NCBI RefSeq assembly: GCF_006345805.1
Contig: NC_043015.1
Location: 23,498,001 to 23,562,000 of the forward strand
Length of the DNA: 64,000 nt
Origin: Octopus sinensis
Lineage: Eukaryota
Direction of reading: 5' to 3'
Positions 26,611 through 38,789 of the stretch are shown here, in pieces. Both the position numbers and the translations under genes were made by a program. The notes under the pieces are model-generated. The model did no database searches. It was not told where the DNA came from and saw only the letters and a program-made list of their open reading frames with translations. Each line of letters starts with the position of its first letter. Positions within the stretch are counted from its first letter, which is position 1.

Positions 26611-26788
26611 AAGAAGCTTGCTTCCAAGCCACATGGTTCCTCTTTCAGTTGTATTGCGTGGCACCTTGGCAAGTGACGTCTGCTATAGCCTCGGGTCGAT
26701 CAAAGCCTTTAGAGTGGATTTGGTGAACGGAATCTGAAAGAAGCCCGTCATATATATATTTATACACACACACACACGCACGCACACA

Positions 26789-26868
<80 letters not shown>

Positions 26869-27029
26869 TTCAATAAACCGTTACCAGGGTAGCAAAATTC
26901 ACGTCAGAAACACGGTTGAAGCGACCTATCCAAAGGTAGAAACTCCGGGTTAATGTGCAGTAATTTGTGTGTTATAAATGAATAAATAAATAAACTGAGT
27001 TGAACGAAGATGTTAATAAAATTCTTTTC

Positions 27030-27111
27030 CTTTCGACATATGTTTCGAAGACAACATGGTTTTATTCCGAAGGAATAAACGGTGTAAAATTCAATCTTCT
27101 CATCAGGAAAG
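27030..27111 (-). ncRNA. Type I hammerhead ribozyme, minimal/dimer-type stem III, canonical core
   Basis: CUUUC-CUGAUGA-GAAGA...UCUUC-GAAA-C(AUAU)G-UC-GAAAG: stem I 5 bp, stem II 5 bp, predicted GUC cleavage between 27035 and 27034. Confidence 0.8.
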
Positions 27112-27124
27112 ATGTAGTTGATAT

Positions 27125-27206
27125 CTTTCCTGATGAGAAGATTGCATTTTACACCGTTTATTCCTTCGGAATAAAACCATGTTGTCTGCGAAACATATGT
27201 CGAAAG
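27125..27206 (+). ncRNA. Type I hammerhead ribozyme, mirror copy
   Basis: CUUUC(27125-29) CUGAUGA(27130-36) GAAGA...UCUGC GAAA(27190-93) C AUAU G UC(27201) GAAAG; one A-G mismatch in stem II. Confidence 0.75.
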
Positions 27207-27253
27207 TAAAAGAATTTTATTAACTTCTTCTTTCAACTCCATTTATTTATTTA

Positions 27254-27299
<46 letters not shown>

Positions 27300-27361
27300 C
27301 TAATGTAGGATAAACATTTTTTCGGGAAAAAAATTTCATCAATCGCCAGCATATCAAAATA

Positions 27362-27460
27362 ATAAATAATTTACAAGATAAGGGCAAAAGAAAACTTCTA
27401 ATGCCAAATATTGTTTCGGCATATTTGGCATTAGAATTTTTCTTTTGCCCTTATTTTGTA

Positions 27461-27470
<10 letters not shown>
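27362..27470. repeat. Palindrome, 50-bp arms, 9-nt spacer (tgtttcggc), 3 mismatches
   Basis: 27362-27411 versus 27421-27470 read as reverse complements. Confidence 0.9.
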
Positions 27471-27519
<49 letters not shown>

Positions 27520-27525
27520 TATTCA

Positions 27526-27720
27526 TTTGTGTATCTCTTTGTCCCCCACCAGCATCGCTTGACAACGTATACTGGTGTGTTTACGTCCCCGTAACTTAGC
27601 GTTAGACAACATTGACAGATAGTATAAGTACTAGGCTTGCAAAGTGTAAGTCTTGGGGTGGATTTGCTCGACTAAAGATAGTGCTCCAGCATGGCTGCAG
27701 TCAAATGACTGAAACAATTA
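27526..27720 (+). mobile_element. SINE family B 3' half
   Basis: gtgtttacgtccccgtaacttagcg...cagcatggctgcagtcaaatgactgaaac. Confidence 0.8.
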
Positions 27721-29201
27721 AAAAGGATAAAAAGGAATACATTTATTTACATACACACACAAATAGGCCCCACGTACACATATAATCTTGTAATCGAAAC
27801 ATTTATAGAATTGCGCGGTTATAAGTGAGGATTAAAGACGGCCATATTCAATTACGATGAAGTCGATGGTTACCTTCCGTTTTCATTCATATTCTATAGT
27901 AAATAGGTTCTACATACTTCTTGGTGGTCGCGGGTCGAAGAGAAACAGAGAGTCAACGAGTCGTTACTTTCCTTCAAGACATTACCGTCTCCTTCAATTA
28001 CTAAACAACTTGCCGATAAATATATATCTTAAATTATGTTTGGTGGAATTTTGCTAAGCTTATCTCATAGGAACATCAATATATTTCATCAAGACCGTGT
28101 TTAAAATATGTTGAAATGACACGTGTTATACAATATGTCACGGTGGTCTAACATAGAGCGCCGACGTTCATGAATATGAAATACAGCCAGAAAATAAACT
28201 AAAGAATCAATTGCTATAAAGATTTCACCGAATTGCATAATATAATGCTTAAAAATCAATTGTTTTCAATTAAATTAAAATCCTCTCATTAATTATCAGA
28301 TTAGCAATATCAAATAGTCTAATCCGATTTATTGAACAGCCGTATTTGTTGTCCGATAGATAGCAATAAGTAGCTTTATCAATGTTCAGTGTTCATTATC
28401 GGATTTTCAGATGAACCATGAATGTGTGGGTAGAATAAACAGTAGCAACAGTTTAAAGTAGGCCCGATTTAAAAAAATCGTTGACAATTATACGTTGAGA
28501 TATTTCGTGTCTTTACGTACCAACATTAGATCCAGAAAACCAAAAGTTTTGTATTTCAAGTGGGAGGAATGAAGAGAAAACTCTCACAGACAAAATGTTG
28601 CTGACTTAATCGATAACTTAAGTATCACAGACAAAATATTGTCAACTTAATCGATAACATATCAATCAAATATGAAGTGATGTTTTTCATTAGATTATTT
28701 GCTTATACATTGTGGTGTCGTGGTCCTGGCAGAAATCAATATACAATCACGTATCCTTATCTGCATCTCATTGCGCATTACATGCCCAGAATTGTTACCA
28801 AAGAATAGATTATCCTATATAGCACTTCATAACGTGATTAGACTTTTAATTAATTGGAAGAGCTATAAAGCAACTTATTATTCTATATATATATATATAT
28901 ATTGATTGTTTGATTGATTGATTGTGTTGCCTCTTTTGCCTTTAATTTTGTTATTGTTCAAGCTCTTCACGAATCAGTTATAATCTCGGTTAATTAACGT
29001 TATCACATTGACCAGATTTGAATTTTTGATTTCGACGTTAATGACGGTGAATTTAACTATGGCGAAGAAATAGCAGAATCGTTAGGGCACCAGACAAAAT
29101 ATTTTGCGTCTATTAACGACGACGTTTTGTGGTTTAATTTCATATATATGAGATATCAGCTTTGCATATTAGTCTCACGATCTCGATAACAAATGTAACC
29201 T

Positions 29202-29410
29202 TATTTATAATCCACTACATATTGTTTCTCTCATTCCTTTTTCTATGTTTTATTATTTCACCGTTATGTTTATTCCTCTCAATCTTTTCTGTCGAATAGC
29301 GAAGGACTGAAACTCCAAAGATTTTTTTTTCCATTTTTGCCGAATGTGAAATAAATACACCTGCACGTTGATTGATGCTTCACATTTCTTCGTCTTTTAT
29401 TTTCTGTAAA
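29202..29410 (+). repeat. 209-bp direct repeat, copy A (copy B at 30823-31030)
   Basis: Identical except a T9/T8 run; looks like a Penelope-type tail with decayed core CTGTCGA...GAAAC. Confidence 0.9.
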
Positions 29411-29783
29411 CAACTTAGATCAATTGTATCGACTCTATACTTCTATTAAATAAAATACCTTTTTTTTTATTATGCAAGCTCTTATTACTCTTATAAACAA
29501 ATATTAGAAGGGTGATTGAAAATATCAACATTGGATTGGCAGAATGAATAGACCGTCGGACAAAATGGTGACGATGTCAAGTTACAGAGGTTTTGATCTC
29601 AAATACGAACAAATGTAACCTTAGCTGTGTCATTTTGAAGGTTATGAAATCAAATATTTAAGTACTCTGGTCGGTCAAAATCACCGTAGACTTCAGATAA
29701 TGACCAATATTTATAGTCATTACATATTTTCTCTTTCTTCGAGTAAATTTGACTTACACATGTTTCCGAAGTTATCATATGTT

Positions 29784-30510
29784 CGTTACAGATAGGTTTC
29801 TCTATTGGACTTTTGATCAGTTGAGAAAAGTCGAACGACCTGCGACATTAATGCTACTTGCGTCAGATCCATTTCTGTTTATAACAAAGCAGAAAATTGA
29901 AGGAATGATGCAGTTGACTTCAAATAATTCAGCTTCACTTCATTTTATTTCAGCCTCACATCTCTCCATCTATCTTTATTTCATATCTTAGCTGACCAAA
30001 ATTTTCTCAACCTCTCCATCATTATATGTTTAGTGCTGATATTTCATTCATTTTCTTATAAAATGCTCTCACAATGCATAATAGTACAAATGGATAAGCT
30101 TTAAAGACTTATGGTGATCACGTGTGTAAACAGCCCACATTAAATTTCAATACATTTGGAAACTATCTAACTTAACAACTATGCAAATATGTCCACATGA
30201 GATGACACCATTGCAAACACTCATGTTTTATAACTGCCCTTTTCCCCCTCCTCCTCCTTCTTCTATCGAGTGCCTCCTCGTTCTTTCTTTCCCTTCCTCT
30301 CTTAGTCTTTCCCTCCCAAATCATCACTTGTCGTCCCATTTCATCTTTATCTCTCTTCCACTTACCTCTTTTTTTCCCACCTCTTCCATGCATATGCTAT
30401 TCCTGCTTTGTTATAACCAGAAATGGTTCTGACGTAAGTAGCATTTAACTTTTAGGTCGTTTGACTTTCTCAACTGATCAATAAATCAATCGAGAAACCT
30501 ATCAGTAACG
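29784..30510. mobile_element. Possible old MITE: ~84-bp imperfect inverted termini around a CT-rich interior
   Basis: 29784-29867 versus 30428-30510 are reverse complements at roughly 80% identity; no TSD identified. Confidence 0.45.
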
Positions 30511-30790
30511 CAACTACAATAACGACTGGAAACAGCTATAAGTCCAATTTATTCAATAGATGCAATGACCATTATTTATACCTTGTCTTATATACCATTC
30601 TATGTAAAAGCAAGTTTGACTGGAGCGCAACCACGGATTTACAATATAGAATGCTAATGAACTCTAGCCTCGAACCCTACCATAAGAACACTTGGAGTTC
30701 TTCACTAATCTAAACAATTATTGTAAGCCTAATGTGCCAAGCAAGAGCTTATGAAGTATTTTCCCGGATTGATGATGCTTCACTAATAGC

Positions 30791-30822
<32 letters not shown>

Positions 30823-30825
<3 letters not shown>

Positions 30826-31030
30826 TTATAATCCACTACATATTGTTTCTCTCATTCCTTTTTCTATGTTTTATTATTTCACCGTTATGTTTATTCCTCT
30901 CAATCTTTTCTGTCGAATAGCGAAGGACTGAAACTCCAAAGATTTTTTTTCCATTTTTGCCGAATGTGAAATAAATACACCTGCACGTTGATTGATGCTT
31001 CACATTTCTTCGTCTTTTATTTTCTGTAAA
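30823..31030 (+). repeat. 208-bp direct repeat, copy B, flanked by (TA)n
   Basis: See copy A. Confidence 0.9.
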
Positions 31031-31034
31031 TTTG

Positions 31035-31141
<107 letters not shown>

Positions 31142-32023
31142 TATATATATATATATATATATTGATAAATATACATATATATATATACATATATATAAAT
31201 ATGCATATATATGTATATATATTTAATGATAGATGTAAATATGTATACATATATATATATATATGCCTACACATAAACACATATACACACATATGTATAC
31301 GTTTGTATGGAAGTCTATGTGTCTATACCCTGATCATTCTCACAACCGGAGTTGGTTTGTTTATGATTTTTATTTGACAGACAGCGTCATCAAAGTTGTC
31401 TCCACTCTTTACTGGTGACCATATATTGCAGATTGAAAGATATTAAAACACATGCATACACTGGTTGTTTTCGTGTGGAAATCGCTTAATTATTGTTCTG
31501 CTTTATCAAGGCTCTTTGGAAGTCGACAAAGAATACCAGGATCAGCAAAAGATTGCAACTACAACAAAAACAAATGCAATTCACATTTTCGCTCGAATTG
31601 AAGGAAAGTTCCAGAAAACCAGATTCACGCCAATATAGAACGAGATAGCAGTTAATCATCTCGTATCAATGGCATTAAATGACATTGCCCATCACGAGAA
31701 CTAGTTGAGAATATCTGATACACATAGAATTTTAGGAAATTATGTTTGCTCATATGAATTATGCAATCAGGAAATGCGTATAAGATATCCATTCTGCATA
31801 CTTGTCTTCATCTTATGCGCGTGCCTATTGAAATAGTACAGCATCCTTCGTCATTTTGCATCAACTTTGCCTTTACATGTTCTTCTGAGAAGTGTTTAAA
31901 CAATATCACGTGAAGATATTCGAAACGCATCTCTTATGCTTCCTCTTTGTCATCCTCACCCGCTTTTTCTCTATATATGTGTGTGTGTGTGTATCTGTGT
32001 ATGAGTGTACACACACACACACG

Positions 32024-32054
<31 letters not shown>

Positions 32055-34700
32055 ACATATGTGTGCGTGTGTGTATGTATGTGCGTGTGTGTGCGTGCTT
32101 GTGTGTGCATTTGTGTGTGTGTTTACATACGTGCATACGTATACATTTCACAGTTCCGTTATAGGTGGGATCAACCAAAATGTACCACAGCCAGTGAAAG
32201 ATAGAGATCATTTAATATATACAATTTAAAAAAGAGTTTTGTGATTTTGAGATCTTATAATTTAGTAGATTTATATAACATGCCATGTGTCTCTAAGCAG
32301 TCTTGCAGGTTCAGTTGGCATTTTAGATGTATTTGTATAAAAACCAGGACGCTAGTCTACAAGAAATCATGAAAACAAAAGAAAAACGAGAATAACTCGA
32401 AGGACATTCAGGCAAAAATTGGAACGAGAGACAGGAAAGAAAAGTTGGAAAACCAACGTCGTCCTTTTTATCTGTAGATGTCGTGACCCAACTGATGTAG
32501 AATAATATAACAGATTAACAGATAGGAGGACAAAGTCTGTCAATCCAGAGCGGTTTGTATACTTCAGTGCGAAATCCTCAATACCTTTTGTTAATTTTCT
32601 ATTCAGTCAATATTTTGAAAACATGTACCTCAAATAATGTGCTTCAATCCATGTCAATAAAATCATGCCATTTGCAAAATATCCTTTAACTTATGTCCTT
32701 AGAAATATGCTTTTGAATCTATATTCTTCAAAATATACACATGAAATTAAGCTAATTGGAAAATCTTCAATGTACACGTTCCAATTGTTCACAAAAATTA
32801 TCTTTAAAATGTGTTCTTCATGTTACATCTATCATAGTTTGTCCTTTTAACTACGAAATGTATATGTTCACCTAACAGCATCTTTCGATGTACATCTAAC
32901 AATGTCAATCCCATATGTCCATGATACGAAGTATTTCAGTGAGCTTTAAAATTTTGAACCATGCTCCCCATCTTTTATCATTTGTCCTCTTTCCTTCGAG
33001 CCACGTCGTTCAGACAAGGTGTTTCCTACTCAAGAAACGATAACACAACACAAAACATGCCAAGTACAAAACTTCATAGACATTTTTTCATTTATAAGAA
33101 TCCAATCATACAAAATGTAATTAAATCATACCCAGGCCTTCTACTCAGTTTCCAATATGTGGTAGATTCATCAATATATCAACAATGCTCTATAAAGACA
33201 CAGAATGTTTTACCATGATGAGTTACAATCATTGCCCTCTAAATGTTTGTAAGTTACAACAGCCTATGTTACTTAGATATTTATGATGTAATATGTTGTT
33301 CATATTCTGACTTATCACCCCCCCTCTTTATGTCCTTTAAAATATGCCCTTTAATATTTGTCCTTCACAGTGTATACTGCAAACCGTTGTGTAGACTATA
33401 TGTCTTTCAAAAATATGTCCTTCAGACCTGCTATCACACTTACTGAATATATACATTATAATATGACATTAGATTATATCGCCTTCATAATGGTGTTAAA
33501 AATATGTAAATTACTTTTCAAAGCAACATAAAAATACACATGTTAACATGACTGAAAGCCATGTATCGCATTAAATTAAGTATACACATTAAAAACAAAA
33601 TTTGAATGCATACAAAATGGTTCTATAAATGCCAATACGGTTTTTATCTTATCTCTAAATATACGAAACTTAAATGAAAATTGCAAAGAAGGCAGAAATT
33701 AGCACAACCTGTATTACTGGTTAAAAACAAATATAAAACAATAAAATGAGAATTATTCATTATCTGAATATTAACGATTTCAGCAGCGGGATTAGATGAA
33801 TACTTCTGAAAAGTCATAAATAAAATGCATAACTCTTTCTATTCATATATCTGGCAATATAAATTATGAATGTAAAACGTTGAAGATATTTTATCTTCAA
33901 TAATTTTGTCGCGATTCATTAATAATTTATTCATCTTCCTTGGGGCTTCACTGATACTTCCAATACACAATATTTTCCGTGATATATTTCATATTTAATG
34001 AACGACAGTAAATGCTAGAATTCTCACATAGTTCACCGACATAACATGCCAAAATAAAGAGATTTCAATTGAAACTGCGTGTGCAATTCAGTGATGTTGT
34101 TCTGCATTGTCTAGCCAATAGTCAGCTCAGATCACGCAGGCATTTAAAACATCAGGGATTTCGTCGGCTAACGTGTCCATTATTTAAAACGATATAAAAG
34201 AATTTGAGAGAAATTTCGAACGAAAACAAATTCCGGATTTGTCTACCTTCACTCCTATTGAAGTAAGAAATTCCCAAATTCTACATGCGTTATTCACCTT
34301 TCTTTATGAATTTAGGGCGAAGTCATCCATGAATTATTGCTTTAAATTATTATTTTTGTTAAAATGGCACCCCATTGGTTACGAGGAGGTGTTTTCCAGT
34401 TGATCTGATCAATGGAACAAAGTCTTCATGGAATAAATGTGCAAATGGGTGAGTACGCCACAGACACGAACACCATTAACGCAGCTCTGAAAGAGATTCA
34501 GCGTGAGACAGGATGGGAGAAAGCTGGCTCTTAGAAATATGACAACTCATTTTTGCCAGCTGATAGAAGAAACCCATAACTGAAAATTGAATGCCTAGTC
34601 GACTTGAATTGTGTCATATATACATTTTAGATACGCACACACGCATATACATACATACAAACATACATATATACATACATACATATATATATATATATAT

Positions 34701-34769
<69 letters not shown>

Positions 34770-34782
34770 CATACATAATACT

Positions 34783-34851
<69 letters not shown>

Positions 34852-34880
34852 AAAAAAGGAGATGTCGAACACGAGTGGTG

Positions 34881-36048
34881 ATATATAAAAAAGGAAATGA
34901 AGAAAATGCTGACAAATAATTGAAGTAATTTAAGTAATTTAATTAGGTGAAAGTTCTTTTTACCGGTTGCGCATTTGTTATGCTTATCAAAATATAAAAG
35001 AGAGATTAGAGTCTGTCTCTTATATGTGAAAAAAAGAGGCTCCAGAGTTGTTTTGGATTTGCTTGGTTTCGCGCCTAAAATTTTGATTGGTCATTATGAA
35101 GGGGTCACGTGAATGTTTGAATGGAAGTTGGTGTTGGGGTAAGAAAAAAGGCTCCAGAGAAGTTAAAATTTGGCTAGTGTCCCGCCTAAAATTTCTTTTG
35201 GCCATAATAAAGAGGTCACGTGAATGTTTAGAATTTTCGAAAATAGTGTTGTTGAAAATTCTTATTGTTCAGGCTGGTCAGTAGACGTCATGTGGATATT
35301 TTAAATAGCTTTTTAGCGCGTAGTTAGGGAGTGTATTTTCCGCTTGACTGGATAAGTAAGTTCGTTTAGAACAGGGAGAGCTGTATGTATGTATGTGTGT
35401 GCGCGCGCGCGCGTGTGTGTGTTTATATGTATGTTGGGGCGCGCGCGCGTGTATATTGTACCCACACACATACACACATATATACACGCGCGCGCGCCCC
35501 AACATACATATAAACACACACACGCGCGCGCGCGCACACACATACATACATACAGCTCTCCCTGTTCTAAACGAACTTACTTATCCAGTCAAGCGGAAAA
35601 TACACTCCCTAACTACGCGCTAAAAAGCTATTTAAAATATCCACATGACGTCTACTGACCAGCCTGAACAATAAGAATTTTCAACAACACTATTTTCGAA
35701 AATTCTAAACATTCACGTGACCTCTTTATTATGGCCAAAAAGAAATTTTAGGCGGGACACTAGCCAAATTTTAACTTCTCTGGAGCCTTTTTTCTTACCC
35801 CAACACCAACTTCCATTCAAACATTCACGTGACCCCTTCATAATGACCAATCAAAATTTTAGGCGCGAAACCAAGCAAATCCAAAACAACTCTGGAGCCT
35901 CTTTTTTTCACATATAAGAGACAGACTCTAATCTCTTTTTATATTTTGATAAGCATAACAAATGCGCAACCGGTAAAAAGAACCTTCACCTAATTAAATT
36001 ACTTAAATTACTTCAATTATTTGTCAGCATTTTCTTCATTTCCTTTTT

Positions 36049-36055
<7 letters not shown>
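34881..36055. repeat. Large palindrome, 576-bp arms (34881-35456 / 35480-36055), 23-nt spacer; probably inverted Penelope-type pLTRs
   Basis: About 1 substitution and 2 single-nt indels between arms; ~125-bp internal subrepeats; hammerhead-like core near each outer end; (TA)n on both flanks. Confidence 0.95.
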
Positions 36056-36083
<28 letters not shown>

Positions 36084-36111
36084 ATATATATATACAACCT
36101 ACTTACATATT

Positions 36112-36164
<53 letters not shown>

Positions 36165-36949
36165 ATACAAAATTTAGAGAGCTGACCACTAAAACAATGG
36201 ACAGCATATATGCTAGATATAGACGTCAAAATCCCCATTTTCCACGAAGAATGTGTTCTCAACAAAATATTCAGCAAAAAATCAAAGTGTAGAAATAAGC
36301 AAGACAAATGAAAATATACGAAATATAAAAGACGATTACCTATGTACTAATTAGTCTCACTTGTTAATATTTACGTATATGGATACGCAAACATCTGCAA
36401 GATCATCAGCATAGTCTGTTGTTTAGTAGTCAGTCCTCTAAATTTTGTATGTAAAAAATGTTTAATCTCCCGAGTTTTTTAAAGTATGATAGAGCACTGG
36501 ATTTAATTGATTAATATCAATTTCTACCCTTATATAATTTTACATATATATATATATATATATATGTACTTGTATATAGTATGTTATGTGAATTTATAGA
36601 AAGGTATCAAAGAGAATTCAATAAATCTGTTAAAAATTGTGAAGAGATGTTGATATTTAAAAGCATTTTACTATATGCATACGATCGTTTCAGAATATGA
36701 AGACACTTTATTAGAAATCGGTGTTTGGAATCCTCCAGAATCAAAGGACGAAATATAATTCAACCTTTCCAAACACACACATATAAGGTATATGTATGTA
36801 TATTATGAATATGTTGTGTATAGATATATATGGAGGTATATAAATATATATTATATATATATGTGTGTGGTGTGTGTGTGTGTGTGCGTGTGTGTGTGTA
36901 TGTATATATATCCATATATATGTAATATATATATATATATATATATATA

Positions 36950-36984
<35 letters not shown>

Positions 36985-37263
36985 TGTACATTTAACGACA
37001 AAAGAGAGGACCAACATAAGACGCTTAGCACACTAGAAGGAGTAGCCAAATCCAAACCACTATTAGGGATAAATTTCGAAGGGAATGAAAATAAAAACAT
37101 TTACCATCTATCTCCTGGACAATGGATTCGAGCTCTAAATTAGCAAATAAATTAATTTGCTAGGCGGCGTTCTCTTTAGCAGGAACGCCAAGATTAACAT
37201 ATTAATGCAAGGCAATATAGTGGTTGTAAAAATTTTCTAAAATGTTTCCTACCCTGATATTTA

Positions 37264-37420
<157 letters not shown>

Positions 37421-37436
37421 GTACACGTATCTTTTA

Positions 37437-37580
37437 GTTTCCGTCTGCCAAATCCATTGACAAAGCATTTGTCGGGCCGATGTTATAGAAGAAGACACTT
37501 GCCTAGCTTGGTACGTAGTGGAACTGAACCCAGAATCACGTCAAGTGGAAGCAAGGCCCTCCCCCTACAGCCATATCCAT
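37437..37580 (-). mobile_element. SINE family B 5' half (another at 40722-40870, minus strand)
   Basis: Reverse complement of the family B head. Confidence 0.65.
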
Positions 37581-38127
37581 GCATGCATGCATACATACAT
37601 ACACACACACATATATATATATATATTATATATATATATACATGGATACATGCTTACATATATATGTGTGTGTGTGAGTCCTTGAACATACACACACACG
37701 CACACACACACCACATCACATATATATATCTGAGCGTATGTATATTTATATTTACGTATTTACATATAATACGTGTTTGCGTGCATTTTATTTATTGTAT
37801 GTGGGAAACAAACAGAGGTCGGTGGCTTTTTATTCTGCGTATGACTGATTAAATGAATGTATCATATAACATTTACTCACTAATATGAATTTGTGCTTGC
37901 GCGTATGTGTGGGTATAGCTTATATGTTCACCTATCATTCTATGTGAATGTAATTAAGCACGGAATACAGATATACTCTACCTAACACGAATGACTAAGT
38001 GTTTAATAGATTTGCTTCGCAATGAAAACCTGTTAGATCGTGTAAACATTCACGAATTATTGTTCATAAACGCATACTTACAGACATAGATACAAGCATA
38101 CATACTCACATGCCCATACATACATAC

Positions 38128-38171
<44 letters not shown>

Positions 38172-38176
<5 letters not shown>

Positions 38177-38190
38177 TCTCTATCGCCATC

Positions 38191-38246
<56 letters not shown>

Positions 38247-38265
38247 GATGGCGATAGAGAGTGAT
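38172..38265. repeat. Perfect palindrome centred on (TA)n
   Basis: atcactctctatcgccatctatatg-(TA)n-catatagatggcgatagagagtgat. Confidence 0.9.
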
Positions 38266-38706
38266 TTCTTTTTTGTATTTATTTTAATGAAACTAAATGT
38301 CGATAAACGAAATGTAAAACAACTCTATTACTAATATCTACCTACCTAACAAAACGAACAACAAAATTATCATTAAATTGAAACAAACATGGATAGTAGA
38401 TGTAGCGAGAATTTGTAATAAGAATAAAATTAAAATTAAATATGTCATGCATTTTAACATCACGTATAGCATTCCAAGGTTTATAATTTGTACACGAATA
38501 TTAAATTCTTCGTGAGAAAAGATCATGCGATTAGATAATGGTTTGTACATTAATGATTAATCACTGGAAAAGCTTTCGATATTTGCTTATTAATTTTCTG
38601 TTATTGAATGTATGTTACGAACGATCTTCCATCTGCTTCGGCGATGGGCGTTCAGTTTTTCGGTCAAATAAATAAATATATAATCATTATTTGACATGTA
38701 ATACGA

Positions 38707-38789
38707 TGATACTACTTAACACAGAGATTCTTCACATGAATTATATTATATATAATTCATGTGAAGAATCTCTTTGTTAAGTAGTATCA
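38707..38789. repeat. Palindrome, ~39-bp arms, 1 mismatch
   Basis: tgatactacttaacacagagattcttcacatgaattata / tataattcatgtgaagaatctctttgttaagtagtatca. Confidence 0.9.

Larger units (their letters stand above)
26981..27255. repeat. Palindrome, 133-bp arms (26981-27113 / 27123-27255), 9-nt spacer, ~7 mismatches
   Basis: Arms read directly as reverse complements; the ORF track shows near-identical peptides on both strands. Confidence 0.95.

Noticed and set aside
31511-31638. Possible terminal exon GSLEVDKEYQDQQK...RFTPI*
   Set aside because: Only 42 codons, no recognisable homology or upstream partner; expected by chance in 64 kb.
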